From Azolla caroliniana (Eukaryota; Plantae; Polypodiophyta), in the NCBI GenBank assembly GCA_043228905.1, contig JBHGNT010000535.1, positions 1 through 21,258 of the forward strand: a DNA stretch of 21,258 bases, in the 5' to 3' direction. Both the position numbers and the translations under genes were made by a program. Below the pieces are notes generated by a model, which saw nothing but the letters and a program-made list of their open reading frames with translations, had not been told where the DNA came from and ran no database searches. Numbering within the stretch: position 1 is the stretch's first letter; the number at the start of each line of letters is the position of its first letter. Below, in pieces: positions 1 through 9,268 of this stretch.

Positions 1-88
1 GTGTGACGTATGCAATCCATAGAAAAGCATTCATGACCGTACAAATGACCTTCGAGAAGAGTTTTCGTCTCGAACTGTCAATCTCTGA

Positions 89-103
89 TGCGCAACGTTA
101 CCG
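89..103. repeat. 15-bp direct repeat TGCGCAACGTTACCG, first copy in unit
   Basis: Exact match to 527-541. Confidence 0.85.
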
Positions 104-439
104 TTCTCGTCTCATGATACCAACCGCTAGATTTCTTCCACTCGTACGTAAACTTGCATTGTTGAATCTCGAATACGCTACCTTCTATTAATTCTACCCT
201 AACCAAATGAAGAGTATCGCGCATGCGACGTCTTAGTGGCGGCCTTCGTGTAGGTTGTTTCTAAATTTTAAACGACGTCATCCTTGTGGACGACTACATT
301 CAAATGCACACCATACAACAACTAGGCGTCATCACATTCTCGCGTCTACTCGCTTGTATTCAAACTAGGCCGGACAGGAGCACGGCGAGCCTAAGCAAGA
401 AAGGCATTGTTCATATGTTCCCTCGAGCGAGTGCGCATT

Positions 440-444
440 AAAAA
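440..444 (-). terminator. Candidate Pol III terminator (T5 on minus strand), repeated in every unit
   Basis: aaaaa at 440-444 is the first run of 4 or more T on the minus strand downstream of both tRNAs in the majority allele (155 nt past the tRNA-Arg(ACG) 3' end). Function inferred only. Confidence 0.35.
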
Positions 445-526
445 TATGTGAACGGCATCGTCGTGATCGATGATTACGTTCAAATGAGCGACTTTTATCC
501 CTTCCCCAATCCACGCATGTATTGAT

Positions 527-541
527 TGCGCAACGTTACCG
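527..541. repeat. 15-bp direct repeat TGCGCAACGTTACCG, second copy in unit
   Basis: Exact match to 89-103; overwritten by adapter sequence in array copy 3. Confidence 0.85.
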
Positions 542-599
542 AGCACTCTCGTTGTCATCGTTGTATTCCGATTCTCGAGAAGCGGAGCCTAATCCTAAT

Positions 600-672
600 C
601 GATCCTACTAGGGATCGAACCTAGAATCTCTGGTTTCGTAGACCAGCGCCTTATCCATTGGGCCATAGGATC
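600..672 (-). tRNA. tRNA-Arg(ACG), copy 1
   Basis: Reverse complement GATCCTA TG GCCC AATGGATAA GGC G CTGGT CT-ACG-AA ACCAG AGATT CTAGG TTCGATC CCTAG TAGGATC G: 7-bp acceptor, D arm with GG and A20 (Arg identity), 5-bp anticodon stem, T loop TTCGATC, discriminator G, no encoded CCA. A box TGGCCCAATGG, B box GGTTCGATCC. Confidence 0.97.
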
Positions 673-928
673 TTCGGTTTTCCGTTGGTAATTGTACTCC
701 CATTGAGGATCGCGATTGACGCGCGGCACACTTTTGACGAGGAATTTGTGCCGGATAAACCATTCCATTTCTTTTACCTATTAAACATCATCATCCTCGT
801 AAATGAATGCAACCATTAAGCCAAAGCAGTGGATACAAGATCACATTTTCTGGACGGTTGAGACGAATGCGCATTATGATTCCGTGAATGATTCTCGATC
901 GTCGTGCACTAGGGTCACGATTCTAAAC

Positions 929-1001
929 CGACCCTACTAGGGGTCGAACCTAGAATCTTTGGTTTCGAAGACCAACGCCTTATCCATTAGGCCATAGGAT
1001 C
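929..1001 (-). tRNA. tRNA-Arg(TCG), copy 1
   Basis: Reverse complement GATCCTA TG GCCT AATGGATAA GGC G TTGGT CT-TCG-AA ACCAA AGATT CTAGG TTCGACC CCTAG TAGGGTC G: full cloverleaf, U3-G70 wobble in acceptor, A20, discriminator G, no encoded CCA. A box TGGCCTAATGG, B box GGTTCGACCC. Confidence 0.97.
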
Positions 1002-1780
1002 TTCGACCTTTCATCGAAAAGCGAAGGGAACGAAGATCTCGCATGTGAAGACCACTTATTTCTCGTCATACTTCTTGATCGTCGTATTTTTCGTAGGATC
1101 TCTTGTCTCTTACCTTACCATTATATTACTCGCCACATTACGGAGATGAGCTTAAATGGGTTTATCGGATAAAGGTATGCGGTGTGACGTATGCAATCCA
1201 TAGAAAAGCATTCATGACCGTACAAATGACCTTCGAGAAGAGTTTTCGTCTCGAACTGTCAATCTCTGATGCGCAACGTTACCGTTCTCGTCTCATGATA
1301 CCAACCGCTAGATTTCTTCCACTCGTACGTAAACTTGCATTGTTGAATCTCGAATACGCTACCTTCTATTAATTCTACCCTAACCAAATGAAGAGTATCG
1401 CGCATGCGACGTCTTAGTGGCGGCCTTCGTGTAGGTTGTTTCTAAATTTTAAACGACGTCATCCTTGTGGACGACTACATTCAAATGCACACCATACAAC
1501 AACTAGGCGTCATCACATTCTCGCGTCTACTCGCTTGTATTCAAACTAGGCCGGACAGGAGCACGGCGAGCCTAAGCAAGAAAGGCATTGTTCATATGTT
1601 CCCTCGAGCGAGTGCGCATTAAAAATATGTGAACGGCATCGTCGTGATCGATGATTACGTTCAAATGAGCGACTTTTATCCCTTCCCCAATCCACGCATG
1701 TATTGATTGCGCAACGTTACCGAGCACTCTCGTTGTCATCGTTGTATTCCGATTCTCGAGAAGCGGAGCCTAATCCTAAT

Positions 1781-1853
1781 CGATCCTACTAGGGATCGAA
1801 CCTAGAATCTCTGGTTTCGTAGACCAGCGCCTTATCCATTGGGCCATAGGATC
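1781..1853 (-). tRNA. tRNA-Arg(ACG), copy 2
   Basis: Same sequence as 600-672. Confidence 0.96.
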
Positions 1854-2109
1854 TTCGGTTTTCCGTTGGTAATTGTACTCCCATTGAGGATCGCGATTGA
1901 CGCGCGGCACACTTTTGACGAGGAATTTGTGCCGGATAAACCATTCCATTTCTTTTACCTATTAAACATCATCATCCTCGTAAATGAATGCAACCATTAA
2001 GCCAAAGCAGTGGATACAAGATCACATTTTCTGGACGGTTGAGACGAATGCGCATTATGATTCCGTGAATGATTCTCGATCGTCGTGCACTAGGGTCACG
2101 ATTCTAAAC

Positions 2110-2182
2110 CGACCCTACTAGGGGTCGAACCTAGAATCTTTGGTTTCGAAGACCAACGCCTTATCCATTAGGCCATAGGATC
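2110..2182 (-). tRNA. tRNA-Arg(TCG), copy 2
   Basis: Same sequence as 929-1001. Confidence 0.96.
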
Positions 2183-2875
2183 TTCGACCTTTCATCGAAA
2201 AGCGAAGGGAACGAAGATCTCGCATGTGAAGACCACTTATTTCTCGTCATACTTCTTGATCGTCGTATTTTTCGTAGGATCTCTTGTCTCTTACCTTACC
2301 ATTATATTACTCGCCACATTACGGAGATGAGCTTAAATGGGTTTATCGGATAAAGGTATGCGGTGTGACGTATGCAATCCATAGAAAAGCATTCATGACC
2401 GTACAAATGACCTTCGAGAAGAGTTTTCGTCTCGAACTGTCAATCTCTGATGCGCAACGTTACCGTTCTCGTCTCATGATACCAACCGCTAGATTTCTTC
2501 CACTCGTACGTAAACTTGCATTGTTGAATCTCGAATACGCTACCTTCTATTAATTCTACCCTAACCAAATGAAGAGTATCGCGCATGCGACGTCTTAGTG
2601 GCGGCCTTCGTGTAGGTTGTTTCTAAATTTTAAACGACGTCATCCTTGTGGACGACTACATTCAAATGCACACCATACAACAACTAGGCGTCATCACATT
2701 CTCGCGTCTACTCGCTTGTATTCAAACTAGGCCGGACAGGAGCACGGCGAGCCTAAGCAAGAAAGGCATTGTTCATATGTTCCCTCGAGCGAGTGCGCAT
2801 TAAAAATATGTGAACGGCATCGTCGTGATCGATGATTACGTTCAAATGAGCGACTTTTATCCCTTCCCCAATCCA

Positions 2876-2902
2876 AAGCAGTGGTATCAACGCAGCAGTA
2901 CT
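2876..2902 (+). other. Library adapter remnant (SMART/ISPCR primer, PacBio ultra-low-input adapter)
   Basis: AAGCAGTGGTATCAACGCAGcAGTACT matches AAGCAGTGGTATCAACGCAGAGTAC(T) with one extra C; replaces the 27 nt cgcatgtattgattgcgcaacgttacc found in the other 17 copies. Confidence 0.95.
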
Positions 2903-2961
2903 GAGCACTCTCGTTGTCATCGTTGTATTCCGATTCTCGAGAAGCGGAGCCTAATCCTAAT

Positions 2962-3034
2962 CGATCCTACTAGGGATCGAACCTAGAATCTCTGGTTTCG
3001 TAGACCAGCGCCTTATCCATTGGGCCATAGGATC
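2962..3034 (-). tRNA. tRNA-Arg(ACG), copy 3
   Basis: Same sequence as 600-672. Confidence 0.96.
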
Positions 3035-3290
3035 TTCGGTTTTCCGTTGGTAATTGTACTCCCATTGAGGATCGCGATTGACGCGCGGCACACTTTTGAC
3101 GAGGAATTTGTGCCGGATAAACCATTCCATTTCTTTTACCTATTAAACATCATCATCCTCGTAAATGAATGCAACCATTAAGCCAAAACAGTGGATACAA
3201 GATCACATTTTCTGGACGGTTGAGACGAATGCGCATTATGATTCCGTGAATGATTCTCGATCGTCGTGCACTAGGGTCACGATTCTAAAC

Positions 3291-3363
3291 CGACCCTACT
3301 AGGGGTCGAACCTAGAATCTTTGGTTTCGAAGACCAACGCCTTATCCATTAGGCCATAGGATC
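3291..3363 (-). tRNA. tRNA-Arg(TCG), copy 3
   Basis: Same sequence as 929-1001. Confidence 0.96.
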
Positions 3364-4142
3364 TTCGACCTTTCATCGAAAAGCGAAGGGAACGAAGATC
3401 TCGCATGTGAAGACCACTTATTTCTCGTCATACTTCTTGATCGTCGTATTTTTCGTAGGATCTCTTGTCTCTTACCTTACCATTATATTACTCGCCACAT
3501 TACGGAGATGAGCTTAAATGGGTTTATCGGATAAAGGTATGCGGTGTGACGTATGCAATCCATAGAAAAGCATTCATGACCGTACAAATGACCTTCGAGA
3601 AGAGTTTTCGTCTCGAACTGTCAATCTCTGATGCGCAACGTTACCGTTCTCGTCTCATGATACCAACCGCTAGATTTCTTCCACTCGTACGTAAACTTGC
3701 ATTGTTGAATCTCGAATACGCTACCTTCTATTAATTCTACCCTAACCAAATGAAGAGTATCGCGCATGCGACGTCTTAGTGGCGGCCTTCGTGTAGGTTG
3801 TTTCTAAATTTTAAACGACGTCATCCTTGTGGACGACTACATTCAAATGCACACCATACAACAACTAGGCGTCATCACATTCTCGCGTCTACTCGCTTGT
3901 ATTCAAACTAGGCCGGACAGGAGCACGGCGAGCCTAAGCAAGAAAGGCATTGTTCATATGTTCCCTCGAGCGAGTGCGCATTAAAAATATGTGAACGGCA
4001 TCGTCGTGATCGATGATTACGTTCAAATGAGCGACTTTTATCCCTTCCCCAATCCACGCATGTATTGATTGCGCAACGTTACCGAGCACTCTCGTTGTCA
4101 TCGTTGTATTCCGATTCTCGAGAAGCGGAGCCTAATCCTAAT

Positions 4143-4215
4143 CGATCCTACTAGGGATCGAACCTAGAATCTCTGGTTTCGTAGACCAGCGCCTTATCCA
4201 TTGGGCCATAGGATC
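4143..4215 (-). tRNA. tRNA-Arg(ACG), copy 4
   Basis: Same sequence as 600-672. Confidence 0.96.
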
Positions 4216-4471
4216 TTCGGTTTTCCGTTGGTAATTGTACTCCCATTGAGGATCGCGATTGACGCGCGGCACACTTTTGACGAGGAATTTGTGCCGGATA
4301 AACCATTCCATTTCTTTTACCTATTAAACATCATCATCCTCGTAAATGAATGCAACCATTAAGCCAAAGCAGTGGATACAAGATCACATTTTCTGGACGG
4401 TTGAGACGAATGCGCATTATGATTCCGTGAATGATTCTCGATCGTCGTGCACTAGGGTCACGATTCTAAAC

Positions 4472-4544
4472 CGACCCTACTAGGGGTCGAACCTAGAATC
4501 TTTGGTTTCGAAGACCAACGCCTTATCCATTAGGCCATAGGATC
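4472..4544 (-). tRNA. tRNA-Arg(TCG), copy 4
   Basis: Same sequence as 929-1001. Confidence 0.96.
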
Positions 4545-5323
4545 TTCGACCTTTCATCGAAAAGCGAAGGGAACGAAGATCTCGCATGTGAAGACCACTT
4601 ATTTCTCGTCATACTTCTTGATCGTCGTATTTTTCGTAGGATCTCTTGTCTCTTACCTTACCATTATATTACTCGCCACATTACGGAGATGAGCTTAAAT
4701 GGGTTTATCGGATAAAGGTATGCGGTGTGACGTATGCAATCCATAGAAAAGCATTCATGACCGTACAAATGACCTTCGAGAAGAGTTTTCGTCTCGAACT
4801 GTCAATCTCTGATGCGCAACGTTACCGTTCTCGTCTCATGATACCAACCGCTAGATTTCTTCCACTCGTACGTAAACTTGCATTGTTGAATCTCGAATAC
4901 GCTACCTTCTATTAATTCTACCCTAACCAAATGAAGAGTATCGCGCATGCGACGTCTTAGTGGCGGCCTTCGTGTAGGTTGTTTCTAAATTTTAAACGAC
5001 GTCATCCTTGTGGACGACTACATTCAAATGCACACCATACAACAACTAGGCGTCATCACATTCTCGCGTCTACTCGCTTGTATTCAAACTAGGCCGGACA
5101 GGAGCACGGCGAGCCTAAGCAAGAAAGGCATTGTTCATATGTTCCCTCGAGCGAGTGCGCATTAAAAATATGTGAACGGCATCGTCGTGATCGATGATTA
5201 CGTTCAAATGAGCGACTTTTATCCCTTCCCCAATCCACGCATGTATTGATTGCGCAACGTTACCGAGCACTCTCGTTGTCATCGTTGTATTCCGATTCTC
5301 GAGAAGCGGAGCCTAATCCTAAT

Positions 5324-5396
5324 CGATCCTACTAGGGATCGAACCTAGAATCTCTGGTTTCGTAGACCAGCGCCTTATCCATTGGGCCATAGGATC
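5324..5396 (-). tRNA. tRNA-Arg(ACG), copy 5
   Basis: Same sequence as 600-672. Confidence 0.96.
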
Positions 5397-5652
5397 TTCG
5401 GTTTTCCGTTGGTAATTGTACTCCCATTGAGGATCGCGATTGACGCGCGGCACACTTTTGACGAGGAATTTGTGCCGGATAAACCATTCCATTTCTTTTA
5501 CCTATTAAACATCATCATCCTCGTAAATGAATGCAACCATTAAGCCAAAGCAGTGGATACAAGATCACATTTTCTGGACGGTTGAGACGAATGCGCATTA
5601 TGATTCCGTGAATGATTCTCGATCGTCGTGCACTAGGGTCACGATTCTAAAC

Positions 5653-5725
5653 CGACCCTACTAGGGGTCGAACCTAGAATCTTTGGTTTCGAAGACCAAC
5701 GCCTTATCCATTAGGCCATAGGATC
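5653..5725 (-). tRNA. tRNA-Arg(TCG), copy 5
   Basis: Same sequence as 929-1001. Confidence 0.96.
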
Positions 5726-6504
5726 TTCGACCTTTCATCGAAAAGCGAAGGGAACGAAGATCTCGCATGTGAAGACCACTTATTTCTCGTCATACTTCTT
5801 GATCGTCGTATTTTTCGTAGGATCTCTTGTCTCTTACCTTACCATTATATTACTCGCCACATTACGGAGATGAGCTTAAATGGGTTTATCGGATAAAGGT
5901 ATGCGGTGTGACGTATGCAATCCATAGAAAAGCATTCATGACCGTACAAATGACCTTCGAGAAGAGTTTTCGTCTCGAACTGTCAATCTCTGATGCGCAA
6001 CGTTACCGTTCTCGTCTCATGATACCAACCGCTAGATTTCTTCCACTCGTACGTAAACTTGCATTGTTGAATCTCGAATACGCTACCTTCTATTAATTCT
6101 ACCCTAACCAAATGAAGAGTATCGCGCATGCGACGTCTTAGTGGCGGCCTTCGTGTAGGTTGTTTCTAAATTTTAAACGACGTCATCCTTGTGGACGACT
6201 ACATTCAAATGCACACCATACAACAACTAGGCGTCATCACATTCTCGCGTCTACTCGCTTGTATTCAAACTAGGCCGGACAGGAGCACGGCGAGCCTAAG
6301 CAAGAAAGGCATTGTTCATATGTTCCCTCGAGCGAGTGCGCATTAAAAATATGTGAACGGCATCGTCGTGATCGATGATTACGTTCAAATGAGCGACTTT
6401 TATCCCTTCCCCAATCCACGCATGTATTGATTGCGCAACGTTACCGAGCACTCTCGTTGTCATCGTTGTATTCCGATTCTCGAGAAGCGGAGCCTAATCC
6501 TAAT

Positions 6505-6577
6505 CGATCCTACTAGGGATCGAACCTAGAATCTCTGGTTTCGTAGACCAGCGCCTTATCCATTGGGCCATAGGATC
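6505..6577 (-). tRNA. tRNA-Arg(ACG), copy 6
   Basis: Same sequence as 600-672. Confidence 0.96.
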
Positions 6578-6833
6578 TTCGGTTTTCCGTTGGTAATTGT
6601 ACTCCCATTGAGGATCGCGATTGACGCGCGGCACACTTTTGACGAGGAATTTGTGCCGGATAAACCATTCCATTTCTTTTACCTATTAAACATCATCATC
6701 CTCGTAAATGAATGCAACCATTAAGCCAAAGCAGTGGATACAAGATCACATTTTCTGGACGGTTGAGACGAATGCGCATTATGATTCCGTGAATGATTCT
6801 CGATCGTCGTGCACTAGGGTCACGATTCTAAAC

Positions 6834-6906
6834 CGACCCTACTAGGGGTCGAACCTAGAATCTTTGGTTTCGAAGACCAACGCCTTATCCATTAGGCCAT
6901 AGGATC
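6834..6906 (-). tRNA. tRNA-Arg(TCG), copy 6
   Basis: Same sequence as 929-1001. Confidence 0.96.
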
Positions 6907-7685
6907 TTCGACCTTTCATCGAAAAGCGAAGGGAACGAAGATCTCGCATGTGAAGACCACTTATTTCTCGTCATACTTCTTGATCGTCGTATTTTTCGTA
7001 GGATCTCTTGTCTCTTACCTTACCATTATATTACTCGCCACATTACGGAGATGAGCTTAAATGGGTTTATCGGATAAAGGTATGCGGTGTGACGTATGCA
7101 ATCCATAGAAAAGCATTCATGACCGTACAAATGACCTTCGAGAAGAGTTTTCGTCTCGAACTGTCAATCTCTGATGCGCAACGTTACCGTTCTCGTCTCA
7201 TGATACCAACCGCTAGATTTCTTCCACTCGTACGTAAACTTGCATTGTTGAATCTCGAATACGCTACCTTCTATTAATTCTACCCTAACCAAATGAAGAG
7301 TATCGCGCATGCGACGTCTTAGTGGCGGCCTTCGTGTAGGTTGTTTCTAAATTTTAAACGACGTCATCCTTGTGGACGACTACATTCAAATGCACACCAT
7401 ACAACAACTAGGCGTCATCACATTCTCGCGTCTACTCGCTTGTATTCAAACTAGGCCGGACAGGAGCACGGCGAGCCTAAGCAAGAAAGGCATTGTTCAT
7501 ATGTTCCCTCGAGCGAGTGCGCATTAAAAATATGTGAACGGCATCGTCGTGATCGATGATTACGTTCAAATGAGCGACTTTTATCCCTTCCCCAATCCAC
7601 GCATGTATTGATTGCGCAACGTTACCGAGCACTCTCGTTGTCATCGTTGTATTCCGATTCTCGAGAAGCGGAGCCTAATCCTAAT

Positions 7686-7758
7686 CGATCCTACTAGGGA
7701 TCGAACCTAGAATCTCTGGTTTCGTAGACCAGCGCCTTATCCATTGGGCCATAGGATC
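7686..7758 (-). tRNA. tRNA-Arg(ACG), copy 7
   Basis: Same sequence as 600-672. Confidence 0.96.
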
Positions 7759-8014
7759 TTCGGTTTTCCGTTGGTAATTGTACTCCCATTGAGGATCGCG
7801 ATTGACGCGCGGCACACTTTTGACGAGGAATTTGTGCCGGATAAACCATTCCATTTCTTTTACCTATTAAACATCATCATCCTCGTAAATGAATGCAACC
7901 ATTAAGCCAAAGCAGTGGATACAAGATCACATTTTCTGGACGGTTGAGACGAATGCGCATTATGATTCCGTGAATGATTCTCGATCGTCGTGCACTAGGG
8001 TCACGATTCTAAAC

Positions 8015-8087
8015 CGACCCTACTAGGGGTCGAACCTAGAATCTTTGGTTTCGAAGACCAACGCCTTATCCATTAGGCCATAGGATC
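8015..8087 (-). tRNA. tRNA-Arg(TCG), copy 7
   Basis: Same sequence as 929-1001. Confidence 0.96.
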
Positions 8088-8866
8088 TTCGACCTTTCAT
8101 CGAAAAGCGAAGGGAACGAAGATCTCGCATGTGAAGACCACTTATTTCTCGTCATACTTCTTGATCGTCGTATTTTTCGTAGGATCTCTTGTCTCTTACC
8201 TTACCATTATATTACTCGCCACATTACGGAGATGAGCTTAAATGGGTTTATCGGATAAAGGTATGCGGTGTGACGTATGCAATCCATAGAAAAGCATTCA
8301 TGACCGTACAAATGACCTTCGAGAAGAGTTTTCGTCTCGAACTGTCAATCTCTGATGCGCAACGTTACCGTTCTCGTCTCATGATACCAACCGCTAGATT
8401 TCTTCCACTCGTACGTAAACTTGCATTGTTGAATCTCGAATACGCTACCTTCTATTAATTCTACCCTAACCAAATGAAGAGTATCGCGCATGCGACGTCT
8501 TAGTGGCGGCCTTCGTGTAGGTTGTTTCTAAATTTTAAACGACGTCATCCTTGTGGACGACTACATTCAAATGCACACCATACAACAACTAGGCGTCATC
8601 ACATTCTCGCGTCTACTCGCTTGTATTCAAACTAGGCCGGACAGGAGCACGGCGAGCCTAAGCAAGAAAGGCATTGTTCATATGTTCCCTCGAGCGAGTG
8701 CGCATTAAAAATATGTGAACGGCATCGTCGTGATCGATGATTACGTTCAAATGAGCGACTTTTATCCCTTCCCCAATCCACGCATGTATTGATTGCGCAA
8801 CGTTACCGAGCACTCTCGTTGTCATCGTTGTATTCCGATTCTCGAGAAGCGGAGCCTAATCCTAAT

Positions 8867-8939
8867 CGATCCTACTAGGGATCGAACCTAGAATCTCTGG
8901 TTTCGTAGACCAGCGCCTTATCCATTGGGCCATAGGATC
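8867..8939 (-). tRNA. tRNA-Arg(ACG), copy 8
   Basis: Same sequence as 600-672. Confidence 0.96.
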
Positions 8940-9195
8940 TTCGGTTTTCCGTTGGTAATTGTACTCCCATTGAGGATCGCGATTGACGCGCGGCACACTT
9001 TTGACGAGGAATTTGTGCCGGATAAACCATTCCATTTCTTTTACCTATTAAACATCATCATCCTCGTAAATGAATGCAACCATTAAGCCAAAGCAGTGGA
9101 TACAAGATCACATTTTCTGGACGGTTGAGACGAATGCGCATTATGATTCCGTGAATGATTCTCGATCGTCGTGCACTAGGGTCACGATTCTAAAC

Positions 9196-9268
9196 CGACC
9201 CTACTAGGGGTCGAACCTAGAATCTTTGGTTTCGAAGACCAACGCCTTATCCATTAGGCCATAGGATC
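9196..9268 (-). tRNA. tRNA-Arg(TCG), copy 8
   Basis: Same sequence as 929-1001. Confidence 0.96.

Noticed and set aside
197-204. CCCTAACC as telomere seed or telomerase RNA template
   Set aside because: Single 8-mer expected by chance; no supporting telomeric tract or adjacent telomerase RNA structure.
737-800. Hammerhead or HDV-like ribozyme / box C/D snoRNA around minus-strand ATGATGA...GAAA
   Set aside because: Core lacks the C of CUGANGA and a convincing stem III/NUH; no room for HDV P3/L3; no downstream CTGA box D in the spacer.
824-838. aagcagtggatacaa resembles the 5' part of the SMART adapter
   Set aside because: Only 9 nt exact, at the same position in every unit and carrying a polymorphism; likely coincidental genomic sequence.
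277-1170. U6 snRNA-like words on the minus strand (CAAGGATGAC at 277-286, ATCCGATAAA at 1161-1170, CGAGAAAT at 1058-1065)
   Set aside because: Spacing and order are incompatible with a ~105-nt U6, and there is no ACAGAGA box.
1-1181. Obelisk/viroid-like circular RNA (size ~1.2 kb, concatemer, SMART adapter)
   Set aside because: No long Oblin-sized ORF, no genome-wide rod-like self-complementarity visible by eye, no ribozyme core found; content is explained by two ordinary tRNA genes.
1103-1372. 89-aa ORF repeated in every unit (MSLTLPLYY...)
   Set aside because: Starts at TTG (first ATG gives only 52 aa). No recognisable domain or ribosome-binding site, and it lies in a eukaryote-type tRNA spacer. 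Its recurrence merely reflects the repeat. A homology search or Ribo-seq hit would reopen it.
1002-1780. 5S rRNA or spliced-leader RNA in the long spacer (common partners in tandem arrays)
   Set aside because: No recognisable 5S motifs or SL exon/Sm-site arrangement seen by eye; an Rfam scan is needed to exclude a divergent one.
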